Assembly (NCBI GenBank): GCA_021613535.1
Contig: CP075494.1
Location: forward strand, 13,082,001 to 13,146,000
Reading direction: 5' to 3'
Source of the DNA: Adineta vaga
Taxonomy: Eukaryota > Animalia > Rotifera
DNA length: 64,000 nucleotides
Both the position numbers and the translations under genes were made by a program. Below, one piece after another: positions 29,257-40,723 of the stretch; the stretch's first letter is position 1, and each line of letters starts with the position of its first letter. The notes beneath the pieces were generated by a model. It had not been told where the DNA came from. It searched no databases and saw only the letters and a list, made by a program, of their open reading frames with translations.

Positions 29257-30126
29257 AATCTGCCTGCAACACGTAATCTGTCAAAATACTGTATTGATCG
29301 TATTCCTTTTGCAGTCAATTGTGTATGCGACAGTATTCTGTCTGTTGTTGTTTTTTTGTTCTTTCGTGTTGCAGTAAATTTTTTAACGCTTTTCTATATT
29401 GATGTATCAATGTGCCTATTTAAATAGTATTATTCGTTCTTGACGATTATAAATTTTTTTTTCTTTATTTAAAACGTATTTGAAAAATCTGCAGGCTGCT
29501 CTGACACACTAAACAAATATTTTCATGAAGTTCGTTCTTTTTCTATTGAAAAAGAGAACATTTTGACGAAAACAAGCTGGAAACTAATTGATTACACATA
29601 TATATATATGTATATAAACTATAATATCTTCCTACCGTTCATATTGTTTTGTTTTTTGTGACGAACGTTAGTTTACTATTTGTAATAAAAATCCATTCTA
29701 GATATGAGTTCGAACACTTAATTCAAAAAACATGCGGTGTAAGGGAAAATTACTATTAAGAATCTATTGATTTTATCGCTTTTCGTTACATGTCTGGAAG
29801 TGGGCTATTAAATATTTTCATGTGTAAGTAAACAGCTGTCAAAAATTTCATTTATCGATACCATTAGTAATAAGGTAAAAACCAACAGACTCTTCAAGCT
29901 ATCTCCGATAGGAAGAACGAAAGAAAAACAAAATGACGGCATGGTTTCTTTCCAATCAGTACATGTTGCAGCAAAATAGAATGTATATCGTTAATGTTAT
30001 GCTATTACATAGGACGATTCCCGGTATTTCTGGAATATATATGGACCTATTTTCTGATCGAGGATATTTCAGAACTTGAGTGGACATCTATACAACAATT
30101 CTATTAGTCAGATTTAGTTTCAATCT

Positions 30127-31412
30127 ATGGCACAAGCACCACAACCTTTGTGCATTCTTGCACAACCGAAAGCTGAATTACGCGAAAGATACTCTAGTGA
30201 AATGAGTAGGGAACGAAAGCGAGCTCATCGATACATTCGTACTGATCGAAAAGATGTTGACTATCCAACAATTGCAGTAAAACCTCTTTTTTTATTATGT
30301 TGCATTTTTTCTAAAATCTTCCTTCTTATATTAGATACCAGACATATGGAAAGGTCGGAACATATATATTCGTGTAACATTAGTAACCGTTCCATCTGAA
30401 CAAGCACCTATAAGATGCGTTCATCCTTATCCAATCCATACGACAGATTCAAATACGTTGAGAGATAAGGAAACGAATACAATTTATTTCTTAGTATCAA
30501 AGGAGGAATCCGACAAAGGTCAAAAAAGGTAAATTATCAATATGAACGATTAGTTGATAAAAAATTTTAATTTTCTTTTGTACTCTAGTTTTCGCATTAT
30601 TCGTGAAAAATTAGTTCATCATGATTTAAAAAATATTGAACGATTACGAATTGTAGATAGCAATGAGCTAGATATTCAACGTGTTGATGTATTAGGTGGT
30701 GCTCGAAAATTAATCGATACTTACCAATTAGTCAATTCGCAATTACTTTTTTCTGTCGCTGAAATGAGAAATAATCTACAAACAATTATATATCATGCAA
30801 CATCCGTTTATTCAAACGTAATGAGTCCTCCAACAAATGCAGGAAATGAAAACAATTCAATTGTTCGATATACACCGCAAAGCGGTTCTTGGATTGGTAA
30901 TGATACTATTATCATGGTTATACCAAAGTTAGATCGACGAAAACGTAACTAATTCAACTTTGTTCTTAGTTCAATTTCACTAGAAAATATACATTTGTTT
31001 TCTAGCATGCGAAGTCTATTTTGAATACTCGGATACAGAAAGAGATCCAGTTACATTGAAATATCTCGATGTGAAAACAATTGAATTTACAACTCCACCA
31101 TGTCGATTACCAAAAACTCACAATGAATGTGTATCTGTTCCAATTGTTGTTCGTCAAAATAAAAATACAATCGCATGTGTCAATTTTCTCTATCAAACAT
31201 GTAAATATTCTATTTATTTTATTTTTGGAATTATCTTCAATTTTATTTCATATTTAGCAGATAGATGTGTACAATGTGATAGACATGCAATATTTGATTC
31301 GTTTGAAAGATCGCGATTAGATGATCAACAATCTTCCATTTATGAAACGTCTTATGAAGAAAATGATATTTTTGAAGATTATGATGATATGTCTGATTAT
31401 CAGAAATGTTAA
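30127..31412 (+). CDS. Rel-homology gene D: RHD + IPT, short acidic tail, no ankyrins (start uncertain)
   Basis: LCILAQPKAELRERYSSE, YPTIA, IYIRVTLVT, HPY; IPT TPQSGSWIGND...IPKLDRRK...IEFTTPP...FLY; closest to gene A. Confidence 0.82.
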
Positions 31413-31829
31413 TTCAATATTGTCGAATATTTTCTTTCAGATGACACTGTTACATTTTTTTCTATTTTTTCAATAAAATCGAATACAAATATTCATAATT
31501 ACTCGCTCAATCATAGATATAAACGTCTCTCTATTTGAACAAATAGAAACACGAAATATTATTGATTCTACAATAGAATACATATTTGCCACTCTTGTTT
31601 TCGAAATAAATATGTTTTATCTGGGATATTTCACACGTATACATGTAATCAAAATAATTTGTGAGAAAAAAAAACACACTTTGGATGAAAAGAGGAAGAA
31701 CAATCTGCTTCATAAAATTGAGCAAAATACTTTTTTTTCGTTCTCATTATTTTAACCTTGAAATTGAGTATAAAACACTGTTTTGACAGAAAGGATAGAA
31801 AGGTGAAGTTAATAGTAAATTTTGAGTGA

Positions 31830-32392
31830 TGTCATAATACCATTACGCCGGGTATCCTTTTAAAATCCAGCGATGTATCTTTCCAGAAGCTGAGGAATAT
31901 GAGTGAATTTGGTCATTACCCAGCGGGTAACGAGAAGATGAATGCAGTGATTGTAGATAGATTGATATAAAACCATCTAAACGTGTCACTGTTACCAAAT
32001 ATATTTGATTAATTTTTCTATATTAATGAGTTTTCTCATGAATATCAACTACTATCAAAAGATTTTTTCCTGAATGAAAAAATAAGAAATACACCAAAGA
32101 ATGGTTGCATGTATTGAATCAATTACTGTCATAAAGTATTTGAAGAATATTATACGATCATTGGGTAAGGAGATGATCGAACCAAATTCACTCAAATTCC
32201 TTAGGTTCTGAAGGGATATAGTTTGGTCATCGGGTAACGAGATCATTAGACCAAATTCACTCAAATTCCTCAGGTTCTGAAGGATATAGTTTGGTTATCG
32301 GGTAGCGAGATTGTTTGGTCGTATGTATTTCGTTACCCTGTTGGGTATTTAGACGTTCAGCTCTGGATACCCAGTGTAATGACATTATGACA
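31830..32392. mobile_element. Non-autonomous MITE/foldback-like element
   Basis: 28-bp terminal inverted repeats (24/28 match, TGTCATAAT...GGGTATCC); ~69-bp tandem unit at ~32160-32310 with an inverted copy at ~31880-31915; no transposase, TSD unresolved. Confidence 0.75.
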
Positions 32393-33299
32393 GCTATGTA
32401 AATTTTCACTTTATTCGTCACATAATTTCATTTGTTTTGATCGATTATTCAAATTGATTTTAATGAAATAGTCACTAAATAATTTCTCTAATCAGTCGAT
32501 GGAATAAAAAAAGTCGAATTCAACTGTTGATGAAAGATAATATTTATTTATCTCGATGATATTTGAGGAGATTGTCATAAAATTCTAAACATTCATCGAT
32601 CAATAACAAGTTTAGTTTTTCTTTACTTAGTCGATAGATTGTCAATCTGTATACTCTCTCTATAGGATGTGTGTTATATGTACGATAAAAAATCATCAAA
32701 AAGGTGATTTCATCTTCTGTCTTTTATATATAGTTTGGATCTGAATGATGTTTTGATCAAAGTGGATAATGTTTGAAATATTGATGATTAGTGAAGTAAA
32801 AGCCGAATTTGTCGATAACTTCCAACAAATATTTGTAAACTTTCAGTATATATTGTCTGGTTTTTTCAAGATTAATTGATAAGTTCTTTACTACCGTAGA
32901 AGTATATACTCCGGGTGTCTGCTTACTCGATCAAATCTTGGGATCTTCCAACACTCTCTTTCCTTATTTCAGTATTTAATCAATGTCCACGTGTGCTCTA
33001 TTCGTCAATTCTTCGTAAAACATGCAACACAGATGCGTTGTTCTCAACTACAATTACTTGTTGCGTACGATGACGTTTTTTTTCCAAACGACTCGAAGAC
33101 ATCTATGTTTTTCTTTTGATCCTATAGGATTTTTGATTCTACCAATCGAATTTTTTTCTTGCTAGCAAAATGAAGCAAACTGCTACCAGGTGGGAAAAAA
33201 GGAATTTATTCTGATGACACACTCTTTTCTTCATACATTTTAAAACTACAGTGCAGTTGATTATATTTCATTCTTTCCGATAAATATTTTCAAACAAAA

Positions 33300-34897
33300 A
33301 TGGCATATCAACCACATGACAGTAGGCTAAAATGTGATATTATTTATTCTTTAATGCTATCAAATTAATTTCTAGTTTCACAATGTACTTTCAACGAAAG
33401 TGTATTCTATAATCTTGAGAGAGACTTGTCTACGACTGGTGGCTTTCAACATGCAAACGGTTCACTCGATGAAGATTCCCGAAAGAGTTTATTATGTTTT
33501 CAAAATGGTTTCCCAATTCCCAAAGATACGGTTGAATCAAAAAATACCATTGTTAACTCACCATCGGTATCAACAGACGCTGAATATCATCTTGATGAGC
33601 AATTATTTTCTGATAACGATTTCAGTATGGTCACACTCTATCTGAGTGATCGATTTTTATGCATATAGTATCCACTAATTTTGATCCTACTTTAGATGTG
33701 GTCCAAGAAGTTACTGTTACAACAACTCCTTCTGGTCTGTATAATAAACCTTTTTTTTCGGCGTGCCATAAAGTTTTAAAATTGGTTTTTCTAGATGCTG
33801 AACGGAACAACATGAACCCATCTAATGATATATTACTAGAATTCGACTACGGCGACTTGAATTTTTTCGTAATAAAGTTTAATATCTATATATAGTGCAA
33901 ACAAATGTTTTTTTTCTAGACACCTGAAGATGCGGAACTCTGTCAAACACTTTTAAATGAATATAGTTTACAAAATCTTGATGAATCTATTGAGGAACGG
34001 ACAATGTCTGTTGAAGTCGAACCACCAGCTATTCTTCGTTTGCGCTATAAAACCGATGGCCCAAGACAAATTGAAAAATCTCGCACGAATCCAATGATTC
34101 TTAAAGTAGGATAATTTCATATTCTTCATCATAACTAGTTTTCTTTTTCAGTTACCGAATTTAAAAGGCATTCACTTGAGTCCTGAACAAACATTTCTGA
34201 TTCGCTTAATTCTTACCACCTATAGTAATGATCCATTCGAACAAATATCTCTTCATTCGAACAAACTAGAATATCATTCGAATGATAAGGAAATATTGAG
34301 TGATGGAACTATTTGTGTTCCTATATCGGCAAAAGAAGTTGACGAAGGACGGAAAAAGTTAGAAACTATGCTTTGCAATAAAATTTCCGTAGTTCTAACT
34401 TTTATTTAGATTATCCCGTTTATCATTTATCAAAACAAAGCTCGGAGAATACAATCGTGAATTAACTCCACTCAATTTGTATAAAATTGATAACAGTATG
34501 TAGCATCTCTTTTTCATGCCAATGTAATACGAATATTTGATTATTAGATCAAGTTCTGCAAGATAAACTAGCAGTATCTGAAGCCAAGAAAATTTTCAAA
34601 ACATTGAAGCTGGAAGCGAGCCGAATTATTTGTCAATTGTTAATTAAACAAAATAAAACATATCATCTTACAAATATTATTTGTCTAACTAAGATGATGG
34701 AAGAAAGTGTGTTACTTTAAGAAATTTGATCTTCGAAGAATTTATGTTGGCTTTTTTCTTTAGAGAAACAAGCAACTGGAAAGAAAAAACGATCGATGAC
34801 AATAATGGAAAGTGATGATGAGGAAGAAGATGACGATGCCGATGAACGTCCAACTACATCAAAATCCATCAAACGCAAGAAAAGTTCTGATAATTAA
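33300..34897 (+). CDS. Rel-homology gene E: N-terminal extension + divergent RHD N-domain + basic/acidic tail, no IPT
   Basis: MSVEVEPPAILRLRYKTDG, NPMILK|LP, LIRLILTT, LHSNKL; intron positions shared with paralogs; KKKR and KRKK NLS-like motifs. Confidence 0.68.
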
Positions 34898-35590
34898 AAA
34901 TTCATCATGAACCTTTTCTTCTGTAAGACTTTTATTAATTTCAAAACAACAAAATCCGCTGAAGGGCCTTAACCGCTTATTTTACTCACGAAATTTTATT
35001 TCATTTTATTTCTCAAAGAAACTCGGTGATTGTATTTTATTTAACTATTGAATTTACTATTTTTTTTGTTGAATTTCATTTAATCCCGAAATAAAATTTC
35101 TATTTTACGACATTTCATAATTTCTTCACAAATATCGTAATGCAAAACATATGAAGCACTTCATTCCGTCTCATAGTTATCATTTATTTATTTATGCAAA
35201 ATACGTCGTAGTTGGGTTTTTGTGTGATTATAATGTAAGTTTAAGAGAAGATAAGAAAATCTGACAAAAACACAGTTTCTTTCTGTTTTTTTCAAATATT
35301 TTTAATGCAAAATATATTGCGTAGACATGTTATTGCAAAACTATAATTAGTTTCTCTCGTCTTTCGCCGATACCGACTTTTCATCGCCGTCTATTAGAAA
35401 AAAAAGCAACTATTTGCATTGTCTGTGTTGTTTTTTTTATCTGACGCATTAGAAAAGAACGAAAAAAAACGAGTTACCCAGGCAGGGTGAGATGTAAGTA
35501 GAAAAGACCGCTGATTGCTGTCTGACTTCTTATTCTTTTTAAAAATTTTCAACGACAACTCAAGTTATTTGTACGCCAAATACAAAAACA

Positions 35591-37136
35591 ATGGACAATC
35601 TCGACGTCATATTCAATGGCTTGTTTCCAGATGGAGTTCTTCCAAATCTTTTCGATGATATACCATTTAATCTAGGTGAGTGGGAAAAACATGAATTACT
35701 TTGTAAATTCGCATTATTTTTCAGATTCAATCACAGAAATCGATAATCTGGATGATCTGCTTCCCTTTCCACCATTCAATGAAGCGGAAAACACCGATAC
35801 CGAACTAAATTTCGGAATTACGACTACGGAACTAACTCAAATTCTAACAGGTTAGTAACTAAAACTCTTATTTCATAGCATTTATATACTCTTTTTATCG
35901 TAGAACGAGCAGAAACTGGTTTTGAGAATATTTTGAACGAACAATCGGAACAAGATCAGGCTGTGAATCAAGATTCAACGGTCATAAATACTCCCGTTGT
36001 ATTACAAGCATATGGAAGCGAAAATGGCATAATGTATCAAACACTTCCAGCTTTACTCGATTTCATCTTTGGTGATATGTCTGTTACCCAGCAACCCAAA
36101 GCAAACACTCGTTCACGTTATTCGTGTGATGGGCGTCGGTTTTTACCTGATTCACGTTACCATCCGATGACAGTTCAAGTTAGTTTATTTTTCTAATATT
36201 TACAAAACTCTTAAACGATTTGAAATATTTTAGCTACCAGATTTACGTTCAATTATCTTAGGACAAAATCAAACCTTAGGTATCGTGATGACGATCGTGA
36301 CAGGCACTAACAATCCAATCAATAAAACCATAGTGCACGTCAATGACATATCATGTAAAGAAAAGGGTGTTGAAAAAATTGGCTACGGCTGTATTTTCGT
36401 ACCATTGAGTCATTCTGAAGTTGATGCTTCAGAAAAAAAGTTAGTAAAATAATTAAGAAGAAACGACCTCTAAGTCATCTTTTGATTGTATAGATTTCCT
36501 CGCGCTTCGATTCTGTATAAAAAATATGAGGAATATACGTTCAATCTTACAACATTCGACACCAATACCATGTTTGAATCAATTGGAACATGTATGTAGT
36601 TTTCATATTTTTCCCAATTCATCTATAATAGTGTGTTCATTGAAATATAGATGCCGTTCCAAATCAATCAAATATGGATAACGTTCCAAAAGGAAAACGA
36701 TTTAAAACGGAATATAATCTATCAACATATAAATTCGTATTCCATCTTGGAATGAAACAAGACAATATAATTTATATCTCCAGTATTACATGTGAGACGA
36801 ATTTGATTGATGAAAGTAAGTTTCATCGTAATTGAAATAATAGATTTTATTTGTAAAGAGTATGTTTTTATTTTAGCAATAATACCAACAAAATCGAAGA
36901 AACGATCGGCATCAGTTTCAACAGAAATTCTCTCGGATGACGAAACTAGCTCTGATACACAAGTATCAAACTCAACTAAACGATTTAAATCATCACCATC
37001 ACCAATAATTGGACTACCCGTAAGTACATTCATGTGAAATCAAGTATTTATTCATTTCATAATATTCATTTAGGTAACGCGTATATCCAGCGATCATACT
37101 CAATTCAATCTGGATGATCATCATGCCCCATGCTGA
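35591..37136 (+). CDS. Rel-homology gene F: acidic N-terminus + RHD N-domain + NLS-like tail, no IPT
   Basis: MSVTQQPKANTRSRYSCDG, HPMTVQ|LP, IVMTIVT, FPRASILYKK, EYNLSTYKFVF, KSKKR. Confidence 0.75.
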
Positions 37137-37893
37137 AGGGGCTCATCCGCCATATTTATTTATACTTATATAACTAAATTTATTCAATATAAAGTTTTTC
37201 AATGATCATCTAATGACATGATTAAATCATAAATGTTGTATTGTGTTTTTTTGTGTGATTTGATTACATTTTTTCGTGAGAATTATTACGAAATAAACTT
37301 TCATCATGAAATACTTGTTCCGATTTTGTTGTCCTCATCTTTTTCATATGATTTTCTTTTCGACCGTATGGCTTTTGTTCGAAATACGTTCGTGGTTCTT
37401 TTACATCCTTTATCTACGTTTTTTTCTCTTCTGTTGTTATGTTAAATGACACATATGAAGGCAAGAAATGACGTTGGTAATATGACAGAATGGTAAAAAT
37501 AAAAATAAAAATAGACACTTGAATTTCGTAAGTTGGAAAATACCAATCATTACTAAAAATATGATCAATATAAAATGTTGTCTGGAAAGAAAGTAATTAT
37601 ATAACTGTATGTGAATGTTGTTCTTGTCATGTGCATAATGAAACTTAATTTATCAGTGATTTTTCGTCGACTTATTATTTCTTTTTCAATGTAAATTTTA
37701 TGTTTATGACATATCGTTTTATTCATAATGTATAGATTACTTATTTTCGTAAACATCGTATTTGTGAATATACTTTCGTACGTTCCGTACAGATTGTATT
37801 AGACATTCGTGCTTGAAATTTTCTTTCTACAATATAATTTTGAAAATATATAATTTAAGATTTCGAATGAATTAAGCGAAGTACAGTTTGAAA

Positions 37894-39751
37894 ATGTCTT
37901 CTGATCAATCAGTGTTAAACGATCTCAACAATTTTATATATACTGGTATATATAATACATTTATTGTTGAATTGATATATTTATCATTATTATCATCAAT
38001 TCATTTAGATATTCTTTCAACTGAATCGCTTGTTGAATTTAGTAAACGACTTAAACATATCAATACATTTCTCATCAAAATTGCTTTACAAATTTAGATT
38101 CACTACCGTCGTCTGGCCATTCTTCTTCGTTGGAAACTTACAATAACAATTCTTTTCTTGGTACACTTGGATTTTTGAAATATCGTGAATCTTAATTGCA
38201 CTTCTTTAGATTTTATTTTACCGCCACTCAACAGTCTAACTGAGGATCTTCCAGAAATCGATGAAATACCATTGCATCCATCGTTGTCATATTCTCATCT
38301 TTCTAACGGCGGAACGTATCAATATTTAACAGATGGTTCTCAAGTTTCTCCTCCTATCAAACAAAGTAATACAACATTTCGTATGTTTGTACTTATAATT
38401 GATCTGTATCCAATAGATTCAATTAATGATGATGATGAACAATCTGCAATGATTGGATCAAATACGGATTCATTACCTATTAGTCGACCGTTTTCAGAAA
38501 AATGTATACAACAAATTTATACTTATCGATGTTTTCAAAATGGTTTTATCTTCATCTTTAGTATCCAATTCATCGATTCCACTTTCATCACATGTTCATA
38601 TAACTGATTCTAGTTCTAAAAAACTACAACTTGTTAATCTAATCGAAGAAACCTATCGTGCACGTTATAAGAGTGATTATTTTCCTCAAAATGGAACAGT
38701 TCGATATCCACGTTACATTGCTGATAGAAAACATAATCATTATATAACATTACAAGTAAGAATTCATTCGTAAAAACGAACTTTTCCTATTTATTTAGTT
38801 GCCAAGTGTATATCATTATGATTTAGCAAATAAATACATTCGTATCGCATTAATAACAATATCTATCGATGGTCATAATCATTATTACAGTCCATATAAA
38901 TTTCAAAAAGATCATACGGATCCGAAAATACCTGATGAAAATCCGATTTATATTAAAATAGATACTAATAAAGAACAAACATTTTTGATTAGGTTAATAA
39001 TTTTTTTTATGTACGAACGAAGAATAATTTGACTTCAATCCTAGATTACAGCTTGTTTTAATCAAATCGAAATTAGATCAACTTAATAATGTTCAACCTT
39101 TAAAACGTTTCTCCGATAGTTCGATTCCTATACGAAGTAATATTTTCATAGATAAGATTTTGTAATCAAAATCTTCATATAAAATTTAGATATTGTTCCC
39201 GAAATAATCGTATCACCTAAAGAATTGATCCATAAATATCAACTTGATAAATCTCATCTAGCTTTTACAATATGTACAAAACAGTCCAATGGTACTTACA
39301 AACCTGATCCAGATACTACAGTGATTTCAACAGTTATTAGTGAAGTATCACTAACGAAAAAAACAAATGGTAAATTTATTTTCAATAAATTAACTTTAAG
39401 AAAATTCTCTTTCTAGAAACTCCTGTTACAACTGTATCAAAATTGGGTAAATGATCCTCTTTACTCGTTGACAGTATTATTCAGAACATTGTGCTTTTAT
39501 TTTGAGTTGATTCGGATCATCATCAATGTTGTCCACATTGTTCACATCTATTTCATCCAGATACAACTTCTGAAATAGATGACAATAACAAATGTCAGTC
39601 AAATCTTACAACATCATGTTCCACTGACGAAGTAATCAGTGATTATATATGATTAATTGAAAAAAAAAACTTATTCAAATATTTGTAGACAACAACAACA
39701 ACAACAACAACTACCAAGACAAAAACTAATAAACGAAAGAAGATGAAATAA
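37894..39751 (+). CDS. Rel-homology gene G: Ser/acidic N-terminus + RHD N-domain + CPHC + terminal NLS, no IPT
   Basis: LQLVNLIEETYRARYKSDY, YIRIALIT, SPYKF, KYQLDKSHLAFTIC, TTVISTVISE, terminal NKRKKMK. Confidence 0.72.
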
Positions 39752-40723
39752 CGGCGAATACAACAAACTAATGAAAAAGACTTTTTGATACGTAAGCACT
39801 CTACTCGTACTGAGAGTTACATTTCTCCTGTATTGAATCGTTTATGTATTTCATAATAATATAAAGAAGTTGATGTAGAGATTCTCCGGCTACTTATCTT
39901 TTAATATTGAATTCATAGAAAATTTGGATTGAAATACATGCCAACAAGTTTGTTTGACTAATTCACTTCAAATAATTACAAATATTGTCTGAATTTTATA
40001 TTTTCATCTCACTAAAAGGTGTATGTCTAGAAATCAATGTGTATAGTCAGTCAACCGATACGTCTACATTCGAAACAGACGTTCTCGTTCCCAAATAATT
40101 CTCATATGTTAGAAAATAAGCAATCGTATGTTTTGATTTCGTAGTTATGTTTTTATCAATGATGTCATGAATACGAATCATTTATATTATTTGTTTTTTT
40201 GTCTTTATCGATCACGTGGAGTCAGGGGAAAAAACAATATTTACTTTGTATTTGTTTACTACACAAATGTATAAAACAACGAATAGCAACCATAACAACA
40301 AAGTCTCGTCTATAAAAAATGTGACTTGATGATTTCGTATGTTAAAAGGAATAAATAAATTTTTGTTTATGCTACGCGTGACTAATGCTAGAAACCAGTC
40401 ATTAATATAACTTCAGTCGGTCTTTTCTTTCTCTGTTCTGTTCTTTTTTACTTTTTTTCTTCTTCCGTGTATAGAGAGTACTTGGAAAAAACCCATCATT
40501 GTAGATTTTTTCGAATATAAAAAGAGAAATTAGATCATATTCTAAGCATAAATATTAAAAAATAGAGCTAAAGTAAGAAATCAAACATGACTCATAGAAT
40601 TCTTTTTGGAAAATTTCTTCCTTTCCGTAGAACATTTTTTGTGAAATGTAATTTCATTGCTTGAGCATCTCAAGTAAATCTAATACCAGCTGCAGTGATA
40701 ACAAAAAAGCAAACCAAATAACG

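Noticed and set aside
32055-32264. ORF with a repeated SEFG..ISLP peptide
   Set aside because: Translation of the ~69-bp tandem unit inside the MITE-like element.
32160-32310. Repeat-spacer-like pattern resembling CRISPR
   Set aside because: Contiguous tandem units with no unique spacers, eukaryotic context, no cas genes.
38529-38546. CFQNGF peptide shared by ORFs in genes E and G
   Set aside because: In G it falls inside a predicted intron; coincidence.
34185-38998. EQTFLIRL (about 23/26 nt) in both E and G
   Set aside because: Non-homologous positions, and it runs into an intron in G; too short in AT-rich DNA to support a transfer event.
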